A stretch of DNA of 60,875 bases. Origin: a virus. Lineage: Duplodnaviria; Caudoviricetes. Location: IMG/VR virus record IMGVR_UViG_3300043395_000730, positions 1 to 60,875 of that record; one strand, 5' to 3'. The translations under genes were made by a program, and so were the position numbers. Of the stretch, positions 1 to 8,145 are shown in pieces. The notes beneath the pieces were generated by a model. It was given only the letters and a program-made list of their open reading frames with translations, had not been told where the DNA came from and made no database searches. Numbering within the stretch: position 1 is the stretch's first letter; each line of letters begins with the position of its first letter.

Positions 1-15
1 ATCATCGTTTGTCCT
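1..15 (+). repeat. Terminal direct repeat / assembly overlap, copy 1
   Basis: ATCATCGTTTGTCCT at 1-15 is identical to 60861-60875. Confidence 0.95.
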
Positions 16-53
16 ACCTTGTGGACAACACCCTTCATTTTAAAACTACTCAT
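1..53 (-). CDS. 5' part of the DUF3127-like gene spanning the circular junction
   Basis: ATG at 53 gives MSSFKMKGVVHKVGQTM, continuing in frame into MIVSEKFSKRELV at the window end. Confidence 0.85.
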   Translation of the reverse strand, partial: MSSFKMKGVVHKVGQTM

Positions 54-56
54 ACT

Positions 57-296
57 TTATTTGATTTTAATTAATAATTTCAACAGAGCCACTATCTCTG
101 CCCTCGTCCTCACCGTCGTTAGAACCACACTCTGATCGGGCCCTATCCTCTCCATGTCTTGATTTACGAACACAACGACCTCTTTGTCATGTAGGTCGAC
201 AGTTAGGCTTAGTGTTGGCTCGTACTTAAGTTCATATCTGTTACCTGTCAGCTCAACGAAGCCCTGCTCTAGTAACCACTCTTTTGTTATGTCCAT
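57..296 (-). CDS. Hypothetical protein
   Basis: 79-aa ORF tightly packed in the - strand operon. Confidence 0.7.
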   Translation of the reverse strand: MDITKEWLLEQGFVELTGNRYELKYEPTLSLTVDLHDKEVVVFVNQDMERIGPDQSVVLTTVRTRAEIVALLKLLIKIK

Positions 297-1024
297 CTCT
301 CTCTGTATTTGTTAGCGTATTCAATAGCGATGTCTAACCGCTCGTCTATCTTTTTTATGTCATCAACTGTAAGCTCAACTGGAACTATCACTTGTCGTAA
401 TGAGTCTGGAAGATTGTCCATGTAGTGAAGCTCGTCACCCTCACCCTCTGGTATCAACTCCTCTGGAGTGTTTACAAGCATGTACGCTATGCGACCATAA
501 CGCCAGTGATTACCTGTTGATTTTGTAAGCATAAATAGGTATAACTTTACTTGCCACTCGTACTGCGGATTACGTGCCTTCTCTATGGTCTTTGGAAATG
601 TCTTCTTTGACCATGGAGACTTTATGTCAACAACAATACCATCCCCAGTAATGTCTGGATGCCCCGAAAGTAATCCATCTCTATACGTTAGATGCATGTC
701 AGACTTCTCATGGCTCGTAAAGTTTATACGATTGTACAACTCAATCGCCTCACCCTCAACCATTGTACCCTTTGTCGTCTCACGACTACTGAACGATGGC
801 TTATAACCCCATAACTCTTGCTCTACAGCCTCCTCTATGAGCGTCCTTGCGCCAGCAGATAACTCGTATGGAGCATCCCTCTTTTGTATTAACTCATCTC
901 TTGTTATGGCTTGCTTCTCCGTTAACTTTATCTTCTCCATTAACGAGTCAAGTGTCTCTTGCTGTTTTAACGTCAAACCAGCATCACCCAAAAACAATGG
1001 ATACGCAGACGAACACCTAAACAT
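287..1024 (-). CDS. YqaJ/lambda-exonuclease-like PD-(D/E)xK recombination exonuclease
   Basis: Motifs G..E..A, HPDI, VDIKSPW, YEWQVKLY. Confidence 0.75.
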   Translation of the reverse strand: MFRCSSAYPLFLGDAGLTLKQQETLDSLMEKIKLTEKQAITRDELIQKRDAPYELSAGARTLIEEAVEQELWGYKPSFSSRETTKGTMVEGEAIELYNRINFTSHEKSDMHLTYRDGLLSGHPDITGDGIVVDIKSPWSKKTFPKTIEKARNPQYEWQVKLYLFMLTKSTGNHWRYGRIAYMLVNTPEELIPEGEGDELHYMDNLPDSLRQVIVPVELTVDDIKKIDERLDIAIEYANKYRERWT

Positions 1025-1502
1025 CGCTCAATTGTTTTAATTGGTCGTCAGTTAGGCTGTACTGCTTTTGTATCTTCTCAATTGTCGTAGAGCCAGCCTT
1101 TACTGCGTTGACTGCGCTATCAAGCTTATCGTCTGGCAGTTGAGGTAGCTTAGGCAATGGACGTGTGCTGAATCTCAGCGCGTCGACCATGCCTTGAGGA
1201 CTCTTTACCTTCTCGGTTGACAAGACTATCTGCTTGTTTAAGTAGTCGTTAAAGTCGAAAGATCCAAAGAACGTCTCTAGCCTTTTAAAGTTTGATCGGT
1301 TGCAAACCATAGGCTTGTCAAACTCTTTTAACTTTACGAAGACCTTGTCCTCCTTACCCATCTCACCAACAAAGGTGTCTTGGTATATCTTATCGATCGT
1401 TACTAACTTCTGTTCGTACTTCCCATTTACCTCCAAGTCCCATGCTCCGAGGTACTTGTTGTCTTTCATTAAATTTCTCCAGTGTGCCATAATTTTATAC
1501 AA
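1017..1502 (-). CDS. Phage protein, possible single-strand annealing partner of the exonuclease
   Basis: Overlaps the exonuclease start; KYLGAWDL motif; function inferred from synteny only. Confidence 0.5.
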   Translation of the reverse strand: MYKIMAHWRNLMKDNKYLGAWDLEVNGKYEQKLVTIDKIYQDTFVGEMGKEDKVFVKLKEFDKPMVCNRSNFKRLETFFGSFDFNDYLNKQIVLSTEKVKSPQGMVDALRFSTRPLPKLPQLPDDKLDSAVNAVKAGSTTIEKIQKQYSLTDDQLKQLSDV

Positions 1503-1875
1503 ATTTATTTAACTTTTGTTTATAATCCAACAGTTTGTCGGAATATTTTTTTATTCGCTTATCTATTGACTCTTTGTCATCAGTGTACTTTATGCAGTGA
1601 TGTAGCCAGTCAATACGCTCCTCAATGGCGTCTATGTTTACCTTTAGACAGCCTACATACCAACCATACTCAGTGAAGTAGTACTCTTGTATATCGTTAA
1701 TCAGCCTGTACTTCTCGCTGTTTGTCATGGTGTCGTGTATGACGATGCGACCGTCCTTCTCATAACGCTCTATCTTTACACCCATGTCAAGATACCATCT
1801 TGTCGTTGGGTTGTCTTCGTCTCCTGTCCAAAACAATGAGACGGTTCTCTCTAACTCTTCCCAAGCCTTTATCAT
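1495..1875 (-). CDS. Hypothetical protein
   Basis: 126-aa ORF overlapping both neighbours. Confidence 0.7.
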   Translation of the reverse strand: MIKAWEELERTVSLFWTGDEDNPTTRWYLDMGVKIERYEKDGRIVIHDTMTNSEKYRLINDIQEYYFTEYGWYVGCLKVNIDAIEERIDWLHHCIKYTDDKESIDKRIKKYSDKLLDYKQKLNKFV

Positions 1876-2288
1876 GGTAAGTACCCGTAATTTAGTCCGT
1901 CAACTCTAAAGTAGAATGTCTCCTCTTTTCGATGGTGAAACAAGTAGATGTCGTACTTGTTGTTGTCGTTCTCCACAACAGCCATCGTTTTGACGTGGTG
2001 CTTGGTCTCCCAACTATGGAAGAAAGGAACTGGGCTCTTGGAGTTGAATATCATCGTGTCCAAGATGTAGTTGTTGTTAGTTAGAACTATAGTTAAAATT
2101 ACTCGTATGCGTTGTTTTGAGTAGTTACGCATTACACGAGTGTGCTCGTTAACTTTCTTGAAGTTCCTGCTGTCTACCGACCATTGCGCATCGGCAACGA
2201 ACGGTGCGGTCATCAAAGCGACCGTTAGAATAATCGATTTATACATAAGATTGAAATTAAGAGTAAAAAAATCATAGCGATGTACCAC
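1872..2288 (-). CDS. Hypothetical exported protein (true start probably MYKSIILTVALMTAPFVADAQ)
   Basis: Signal-peptide-like segment ending A-D-A/Q, typical of Bacteroidota secreted proteins. Confidence 0.55.
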   Translation of the reverse strand: MVHRYDFFTLNFNLMYKSIILTVALMTAPFVADAQWSVDSRNFKKVNEHTRVMRNYSKQRIRVILTIVLTNNNYILDTMIFNSKSPVPFFHSWETKHHVKTMAVVENDNNKYDIYLFHHRKEETFYFRVDGLNYGYLP

Positions 2289-2510
2289 ACCACTAAGAAT
2301 AGAATTAATTTAAGTCGCATAGATTTATAGGTATTTGGACAACGGACTCCTCGTAACTTATTATTATAACTCCAAGCATAGCTGACAGCATATCTATCGT
2401 CTCGTCTATGTCGCTTGTCGTTACCTTTATAACGTCACCTGTGTCCGTTGTTACGTTATACGTTTTCATTTTTAGCTTTTATAACTCGCATGTATAACTC
2501 CCAATTGAAG

Positions 2511-2741
2511 TTAGTCCACCACTGATAGTTTTTCATCTTTTATTTTTTTTATGGTTGCACATATCTCATAGTACTCAAGGTCAAGAGCGCATTCAGACAG
2601 CTCGTCTAACATCCGCTCGAAGCTCTCTCTTTGTCTTGAGTCATAAGCTGACAATAGGACGTCATGCCTATCGTCGGGAGTCATCTCCCTTAACCTCTCC
2701 ATGGTGTCCATGAAGATGTCTTTAAAAATTTGTTCTAGCAT
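2511..2741 (-). CDS. Hypothetical protein
   Basis: 76-aa ORF in operon. Confidence 0.65.
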   Translation of the reverse strand: MLEQIFKDIFMDTMERLREMTPDDRHDVLLSAYDSRQRESFERMLDELSECALDLEYYEICATIKKIKDEKLSVVD

Positions 2742-2965
2742 AGTATGATTTTTACATTAGTAAATTTAATTATTATTTCGCCAGTTAGGTTGTCTATCTC
2801 AGACCGATGGGCATATCGTTTGACTAATTGGCTGTCGTACTTGGTGCGTAGTATCAAACGTCCTCCAATGACTTTTGAACTGCTGAACTTTATGTGGCTA
2901 AGACCTAAGTTCTCGATGGTAAATTTTATTATCTCGTTCATTTTGTATCGCAAAAAATTCCACAT
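2735..2965 (-). CDS. Hypothetical protein (start probably MNEIIK near 2941)
   Basis: ORF coupled to neighbours. Confidence 0.55.
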   Translation of the reverse strand: MWNFLRYKMNEIIKFTIENLGLSHIKFSSSKVIGGRLILRTKYDSQLVKRYAHRSEIDNLTGEIIIKFTNVKIILC

Positions 2966-3675
2966 TCATAAGACCGCATACCTCTACCCTTAGCATCCTC
3001 GGGTAACTCGTCAAGAAATATACGTTTGCCTTTATATCTAACTAACCGAACACCTAAACGACGGCTCTGCTCTGCCCTCTCTCTAAATTGTTCGGGATGC
3101 ATTCTCCTCACATGATTCCAATACGTTGGAGATGTAGCCTTTACACAGCCTATGCAGTTGGCGTTGGGATATCCCATCATGTATACCCTAGGTAGGGTTA
3201 TACCTGCACTAGTTATGATGTCAAAACACATCTGCTTTGTTATCCCTTCGTCAATCAATACTGGCAAAACATTAGACCTCTCGTACTTGACAAAACGCTC
3301 ATGCCTGTCTACCTCGTCTGCCGTGAATCCTAACACATGGTAGTCTATGTAGTTTGATTTCTCAAACTCGTACCTAGCTCCCTTCTTTAAGACAAGTGTA
3401 CACGGAGCACCATTTATACCGCTCATGTACTTACGCTTGTCCCATATGTCAACAGCTGATGTTGTGTTGGCTGTGCTGTTGACTGCTTGGATGATTGGTT
3501 GACCTATCCATTTTGATACGTCATCAAGAAATCTTCGGTTGTCAGAGTCCTCCTCGTCAACAGGATTGTTTACGATTAGAATGTTGTGAGTGTCTCCATA
3601 TTTCTCTATTGTCCGTTTTGAAGCTACGGCACTAGCGGCTCCACATGAGAACCATACGACAATTGTTTTTTTCAT
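2938..3675 (-). CDS. PAPS-reductase-like adenine nucleotide alpha hydrolase (PP-loop) protein with Cys clusters
   Basis: N-terminal VVWFSCGAASAV PP-loop-like motif; APCTLVLK, NANCIGCVK, C-terminal ECGIFC. Confidence 0.65.
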   Translation of the reverse strand: MKKTIVVWFSCGAASAVASKRTIEKYGDTHNILIVNNPVDEEDSDNRRFLDDVSKWIGQPIIQAVNSTANTTSAVDIWDKRKYMSGINGAPCTLVLKKGARYEFEKSNYIDYHVLGFTADEVDRHERFVKYERSNVLPVLIDEGITKQMCFDIITSAGITLPRVYMMGYPNANCIGCVKATSPTYWNHVRRMHPEQFRERAEQSRRLGVRLVRYKGKRIFLDELPEDAKGRGMRSYECGIFCDTK

Positions 3676-3677
3676 TT

Positions 3678-3962
3678 TGTGTTAAGTTTTGGGGTTTTGT
3701 GTTGACTTTATTACGACTTTGTGTTAACTTTTTCTAGTGTTTATAAGGAAAGTGTTAACTTTACAACTTTTTTCTATTTTTTAAAAAAAAAGTAATATAT
3801 ATATATAGATATAGTAGTAGTAGTAGTGTAGTATTTTTTTTCTACCAGTACGTACTAAAAGTCGTAAAGTTAACACTAAAATGGTTAATTGACTGATAAT
3901 GTGTAAGTTAGGTCGAAAAAAGTCAACACAAACTTAACATAAAGTCAACACAGGTTAACACA
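3678..3962. repeat. Inverted array of 11-bp iteron-like repeats around an AT-rich core; candidate replication origin
   Basis: TGTGTTRACTT-like units at 3678, 3698, 3720, 3751; reverse-complement units at 3867, 3920, 3931, 3942, 3953. Confidence 0.75.
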
Positions 3963-4356
3963 AATTATCTACGTAATAATTTATGTAGCTCATTCTCTGC
4001 GTGTTAGTGCCTGTTAATTGAAGCGTTGGTAGAGAAGTCACAATCATCGTGTTAGTGTCAACGATTGGTTGGCTGTTAACCATGCCGAAGAATAAGGCTG
4101 ACCGTTTGTCTTTGTGACAAGTCAGAACGGAAAGCTTTAATACCTCCCCATCGAACTCACCGAACAACATGTCGGTCGTCATGCCGTGCTGTCGGATGAA
4201 TGCCCGAACACTTGCTTCGATGTCATCGATCGATAGACAGATGTATTGTTTGGTTTGGTCAAGAGTCGTGTATCTTGACGTGTAGTTTAATTCACTTACC
4301 GAACGTCCTGTTTGGTGTAGTGACTGGCTGAATTGTTTTAGCATAATATTTAACAA
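3955..4356 (-). CDS. Hypothetical protein
   Basis: 133-aa ORF overlapping the upstream gene's stop. Confidence 0.65.
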   Translation of the reverse strand: MLNIMLKQFSQSLHQTGRSVSELNYTSRYTTLDQTKQYICLSIDDIEASVRAFIRQHGMTTDMLFGEFDGEVLKLSVLTCHKDKRSALFFGMVNSQPIVDTNTMIVTSLPTLQLTGTNTQRMSYINYYVDNLC

Positions 4357-4841
4357 TATGTTTGACGTTTTGTGTTTTCATGTTGACCGAAATATAGTTC
4401 TTCGTAAATTACGTATCCTTCTCCATATCGGTCTGTACCTATTTCTACTTCATCTTCTTTTAGATTTGTTGCACTTAGTGTGTGATAGTACCAACCTCCC
4501 TCTTCGCTACCTCCGTAGTTTTGTATTTTTAGATAGATTGTTTTTAAGTACTCCTCGGTAGTATTTATTTTGAAGATTCTCTTGATGTCTTCTAAGTCTT
4601 TTTCATTCTTTATGATAATTAAATGTTCAATATCTATTGAAAAGTATTTTGATACATCACCTGTTCCATTCCATTGCTCAATGTCTTCATTGTATAATCT
4701 AAATACTTCTGATGAATCAATTAGGTATGTTTCATTGTTACCTTGTTCAGTTATTATATAAGACTCATTAATTGTTCTCCAACGGTCATACTCATCGTCA
4801 TAATACTTGTATGACACTTTCTTTAAAAAATATTTTTCCAT
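4350..4841 (-). CDS. Hypothetical early protein
   Basis: 163 aa; YGGSEEGGWYY motif. Confidence 0.7.
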   Translation of the reverse strand: MEKYFLKKVSYKYYDDEYDRWRTINESYIITEQGNNETYLIDSSEVFRLYNEDIEQWNGTGDVSKYFSIDIEHLIIIKNEKDLEDIKRIFKINTTEEYLKTIYLKIQNYGGSEEGGWYYHTLSATNLKEDEVEIGTDRYGEGYVIYEELYFGQHENTKRQTYC

Positions 4842-4854
4842 GGCTTAATTATTA

Positions 4855-5070
4855 TTACATTTCTATTCCGTACTCTATTGCTCTCATTTCATCTATGTCA
4901 CCATCCTTGGTTAATATCCCGACCTCTATTAGTCGGGATGCCATCCGTCCGTAATGACCTTGTAGCGACCATGCACTACCATTTTTTACAAGTTCAGCGA
5001 ACATGTATACCATCTCAGCACCATCAAGCATCCCGCTCTCGTATGCAATTATTCTATCTATTGTATCCAT
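4855..5070 (-). CDS. Small phage protein
   Basis: IIAYESG...AWSLQGHYGRMASRLIEVG; 71 aa. Confidence 0.7.
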   Translation of the reverse strand: MDTIDRIIAYESGMLDGAEMVYMFAELVKNGSAWSLQGHYGRMASRLIEVGILTKDGDIDEMRAIEYGIEM

Positions 5071-5074
5071 TTTA

Positions 5075-5356
5075 TTAGTTATTATATTCGTTACCTTCTG
5101 CGTCGTACCACTCGTCCTCGTCTATTTCTTCCCACTCGGTGTAGTAGTAGTACTCCTCGTTGTAGAAGTACTCAAATATGTCCTCGTCTTCCGTTAGGTC
5201 TGCTGAACGATTGCCGTTGCAGTCTACCCAATCAAGTCCTTTTAAGTGTTCTAATAGGTGTTCATTTGTGCTGAAGTATAGTTCTCCATCACCTACCACA
5301 TATCCTTCGTTCATGCCACGTCCTGTAGCATCGCAACGTCTTGCAAATTTTTCCAT
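5075..5356 (-). CDS. Highly acidic small early protein
   Basis: D/E/Y-rich C-terminal half; AGAAACCATG start context. Confidence 0.7.
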   Translation of the reverse strand: MEKFARRCDATGRGMNEGYVVGDGELYFSTNEHLLEHLKGLDWVDCNGNRSADLTEDEDIFEYFYNEEYYYYTEWEEIDEDEWYDAEGNEYNN

Positions 5357-5496
5357 GGTTTCTAAATTATTTCTATTGATAATACGTCATAACCCTCGTA
5401 TGACATTAAACTCATTACCTTTCCTTCGTTCCAAGCTTGTACGTAAAACACGCCTTGCTTGGTTGTTACAATGTATTTATTCATGATTTCTAGTTA

Positions 5497-5844
5497 TTAA
5501 AATGTTGTATCGGGACTTGAATATCCGTAATTCTCTTTATCTTTAATCTCGTATTCTTGGTTTTCTCTTATAAAGAAAACAAATCCATTTTGTAGTTCAA
5601 TCAATCTGCCACGCTCAACTAATATAACATGGTTGGTATTTATAACTAAGTCTCTTTTATTAATTGTTTTGATACTCATAAAATTTGAATCTAAATTTAG
5701 ATTTTGTTTGGTAAAAAAGATATCCGTTTGATTTTGCGAAGTTATCCCCGTTACTGGCATAAATATAGTTATCTTACTAACATTATTGTGCTCATTTACT
5801 TTTAAGTTTTCCATTACTTTTGATTCTACTCTAATTACTCTCAT
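5497..5844 (-). CDS. Hypothetical early protein
   Basis: AGAAATCATG start context shared with neighbours. Confidence 0.65.
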   Translation of the reverse strand: MRVIRVESKVMENLKVNEHNNVSKITIFMPVTGITSQNQTDIFFTKQNLNLDSNFMSIKTINKRDLVINTNHVILVERGRLIELQNGFVFFIRENQEYEIKDKENYGYSSPDTTF

Positions 5845-5856
5845 GATTTCTAGTTG

Positions 5857-6063
5857 TTAAATTGAACATTTGTTTATCTCTCCTAAGTAGAAGTCATACC
5901 AATCGTTAAATCGGTCTTGTATCTCTTCGGTATATGTTAACACTTCAGCGTTTATGTCTTGGTACATATCATCCTCATTGTTGATGATATCTCCCGACTC
6001 TTGAAATGTTCTGATATGAGCTAACTCACTAGCTAACTCAAGCACGTTGATTGTTGTTTCCAT
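5857..6063 (-). CDS. Hypothetical acidic early protein
   Basis: 68 aa; AGAAACCATG start context. Confidence 0.65.
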   Translation of the reverse strand: METTINVLELASELAHIRTFQESGDIINNEDDMYQDINAEVLTYTEEIQDRFNDWYDFYLGEINKCSI

Positions 6064-6068
6064 GGTTT

Positions 6069-6281
6069 CTATTTTTCAGTTAAATTTTCACATGTAGCGT
6101 AGTCATATATCTGCTCAAATATTTTCTCTACTATGTATTCATTTGTTAGCGCATCGTATAAAATACCTTGAGCTGTTTCGTCATTACATTCAAATCTATC
6201 TTGAACGTCTTGAATTGTCCATAAGTTATCTACAAAATAACCTGCATCTCTTAATACTTGTTTTGCTTGTTGTACTGTCAT
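6069..6281 (-). CDS. Hypothetical early protein immediately downstream of hammerhead 1
   Basis: 70 aa; AGAAATCATG start context. Confidence 0.7.
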   Translation of the reverse strand: MTVQQAKQVLRDAGYFVDNLWTIQDVQDRFECNDETAQGILYDALTNEYIVEKIFEQIYDYATCENLTEK

Positions 6282-6299
6282 GATTTCTATTTTTTAAAT

Positions 6300-6356
6300 G
6301 GTTAAGACGGCACTTTGCCAGTGCCGTTTCGGTCAGTTAGACCTCGTCAGTTAACC
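6300..6356 (-). ncRNA. Type I hammerhead ribozyme 1
   Basis: GGTTAA-CTGACGA-GGTC(TAACT)GACC-GAAAC-GGCAC(TGGCAAA)GTGCC-GTC^TTAACC: full catalytic core and three paired stems. Confidence 0.93.
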
Positions 6357-6594
6357 TTGATTTCTTGAACCTAATCAAGTGACCTTCTTGGTAGTTTAAA
6401 AGGTCGTCTATCCTATCTCTTGGTATGGTAATCTTACCATGGATTGGATGGTTGATTTCGTTGATGCCAACGAATTGCTTGTTGCGAATCAATTGCTCTC
6501 GAACTGATAGTCGTCTTGTAGTTCCACTCGTCTCGTTGAAACCTACGTTTATTTTACCTGTTTTCATATGGTTAAAATTAATGTGCGTTACCAA
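6337..6594 (-). CDS. Hypothetical early protein (true start probably MKTGKINV); 3' end overlaps hammerhead 1
   Basis: ORF track; TAA stop lies in ribozyme loop II. Confidence 0.6.
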   Translation of the reverse strand: MVTHINFNHMKTGKINVGFNETSGTTRRLSVREQLIRNKQFVGINEINHPIHGKITIPRDRIDDLLNYQEGHLIRFKKSRLTDEV

Positions 6595-6617
6595 GTCGCA
6601 CCCCTTGTTTTGTTATT

Positions 6618-6893
6618 TTACGCGAAAATCTCGCCTTTCATCTTTTTATACATAAAGCATTTCTCAAATCTTGAAGGAATCAAATTAAATAAATCAATTC
6701 TCTCTTGCTTCATCTCGTTTCCAAATCTCGCCATCAAGCGTTGATGCCAATTTTCTTGAGTTTCTTTTGACCTATTAAACGGATTTCCTTCCTCTGCAAA
6801 CTTAGAGCAATACTTGTAATAAACATCAGAGTAGATGTAACCTTGAATGTCCATCATATTTGATGCGTTTTCGATTTTTTCTATTGTTTTCAT
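6618..6893 (-). CDS. Hypothetical early protein
   Basis: 91 aa; AGAAATCATG start context. Confidence 0.65.
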   Translation of the reverse strand: MKTIEKIENASNMMDIQGYIYSDVYYKYCSKFAEEGNPFNRSKETQENWHQRLMARFGNEMKQERIDLFNLIPSRFEKCFMYKKMKGEIFA

Positions 6894-6898
6894 GATTT

Positions 6899-7039
6899 CT
6901 ATTTATTATATACCTCATCCAATTGGTAGCCGTAACGCTTCTGCATGTAAGCTACATAGTTATTAAAATGTTGTTCGTTCTCAAAGTCCTTCGTAATGAT
7001 TATCTGCTCTCTACGATGGTTAAAAAATACTAGTATCAT
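6899..7039 (-). CDS. Small ORF, 46 aa (MILVFFNHRREQIIITKDF...)
   Basis: Translated by hand; ATGA overlap with the upstream small ORF. Confidence 0.55.
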   Translation of the reverse strand: MILVFFNHRREQIIITKDFENEQHFNNYVAYMQKRYGYQLDEVYNK

Positions 7040-7146
7040 CGCGCTCTGAATGGAATTAATAATCTCTTAGTCTTAACTAATGTTCCGTTTAGAAAGAATC
7101 CCCATACCTCGAAGTTCCCCTCAATTCTTAAAATTTTTGTGCTCAT
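7036..7146 (-). CDS. Small ORF, 36 aa (MSTKILRIEGNFEVWGFF...) downstream of hammerhead 2
   Basis: Translated by hand; TAACCATG start context. Confidence 0.55.
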   Translation of the reverse strand: MSTKILRIEGNFEVWGFFLNGTLVKTKRLLIPFRAR

Positions 7147-7163
7147 GGTTATTAAATTAAATT

Positions 7164-7222
7164 GGTTAAGACGCGTACTGGCAAAGTCCGCGTTTCGTCC
7201 ATTAAGGACTCGTCAGTTAACC
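7164..7222 (-). ncRNA. Type I hammerhead ribozyme 2
   Basis: GGTTAA-CTGACGA-GTCC(TTAAT)GGAC-GAAAC-GCGGAC(TTTGCCA)GTACGC-GTC^TTAACC; one mismatch in stem III. Confidence 0.92.
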
Positions 7223-7548
7223 TAGTAAAAGTATCCTTGATACTCACATCTTGAAGGCTCTTCATTTCTCCATGTCCACTCGTCTGAGTTTTCAACGATA
7301 TTTGGGAATATCCAATCACCATTGCTGAATGATATCTTTATCCCTTCATCTCGTGTTGATTTGCCGTTCATCTCAGCTACTAACTCGTAATAGTCCTTAC
7401 CCCCAAAATCACCATATCCGTTGTACTCATGCTCTACCCAAGTGTTTCCCTTGTTGTCCATTAGTACTACCTTCATAGTGTCCATTGAAGAATGAATGTT
7501 AGCAATTGACTTGTTTGTGTCTTGTGTTTTAAAACTAAAGAATCCCAT
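7222..7548 (-). CDS. Hypothetical phage protein
   Basis: MGFFSFKTQDT...YNGYGDFGGKDYYEL...QGYFY; stop abuts hammerhead 2. Confidence 0.75.
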   Translation of the reverse strand: MGFFSFKTQDTNKSIANIHSSMDTMKVVLMDNKGNTWVEHEYNGYGDFGGKDYYELVAEMNGKSTRDEGIKISFSNGDWIFPNIVENSDEWTWRNEEPSRCEYQGYFY

Positions 7549-7553
7549 GACGT

Positions 7554-7934
7554 TTAAATTTTAAAGATTTTTACCCCGTTAGTTACTATTAAATCGAATG
7601 TTTGTTTATCTACGTTACTTCCGTTCAAAGAGAAGAATGGGTTTACTCTTGGATTGTAAGATATCTCGTCTCCGTTCACATTAGACAACTCAACAATCTC
7701 GTATCTCTCACAAGATATCCAAGCACATCTCTCCTTGTGTATCTCACCCTTGTTAATCTTCTCAGCTCTTGTGCTAGAATTGTGTAAGTAGCATCCGTAC
7801 ATAACAATCATATGAGTAGAAGGGTTAACCAAGATATCTTTGCTACCCGATTTTATTTTAGACTTGCTTTCCAATTCGTGTATCTGCAAAAAGCCTTTGT
7901 TTACTGCTCCTAAATTTCTTCTTACTCCAAACAT
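7554..7934 (-). CDS. Hypothetical early protein downstream of hammerhead 3
   Basis: 126 aa; ISYNPR motif. Confidence 0.7.
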   Translation of the reverse strand: MFGVRRNLGAVNKGFLQIHELESKSKIKSGSKDILVNPSTHMIVMYGCYLHNSSTRAEKINKGEIHKERCAWISCERYEIVELSNVNGDEISYNPRVNPFFSLNGSNVDKQTFDLIVTNGVKIFKI

Positions 7935-7952
7935 GAGTTCTAAATTTTAAAT

Positions 7953-8009
7953 GGTTAAGACGACATCTTTTGAATGTCGTTTCGACTATTGAAGTCTCAT
8001 CAGTTAACC
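7953..8009 (-). ncRNA. Type I hammerhead ribozyme 3
   Basis: GGTTAA-CTGATGA-GAC(TTCAATA)GTC-GAAAC-GACAT(TCAAAAG)ATGTC-GTC^TTAACC. Confidence 0.93.
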
Positions 8010-8122
8010 TAAATGTAAATCGGTGGAACGTGCCCTGTTACGAGTTGATAGATGGCATATGAAATACCGAATATAACTCCAAACGCTAAACTGCTTGTCC
8101 AAACTGCAAATACTACTTTCAT
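8009..8122 (-). CDS. Small membrane peptide, 37 aa (MKVVFAVWTSSLAFGVIFGISYAIYQLVTGHVPPIYI)
   Basis: Translated by hand; single hydrophobic helix; stop abuts hammerhead 3. Confidence 0.6.
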   Translation of the reverse strand: MKVVFAVWTSSLAFGVIFGISYAIYQLVTGHVPPIYI

Positions 8123-8145
8123 GGCTATAAATTTAAATGGTTAGT

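Noticed and set aside
3678-3962. Mini-CRISPR array
   Set aside because: Units are only 11 bp, irregularly spaced and in both orientations
6300-8009. CRISPR array or terminators as the explanation of the three repeats
   Set aside because: Copies are about 800 bp apart with genes between them, and only the hammerhead core and stem I are conserved
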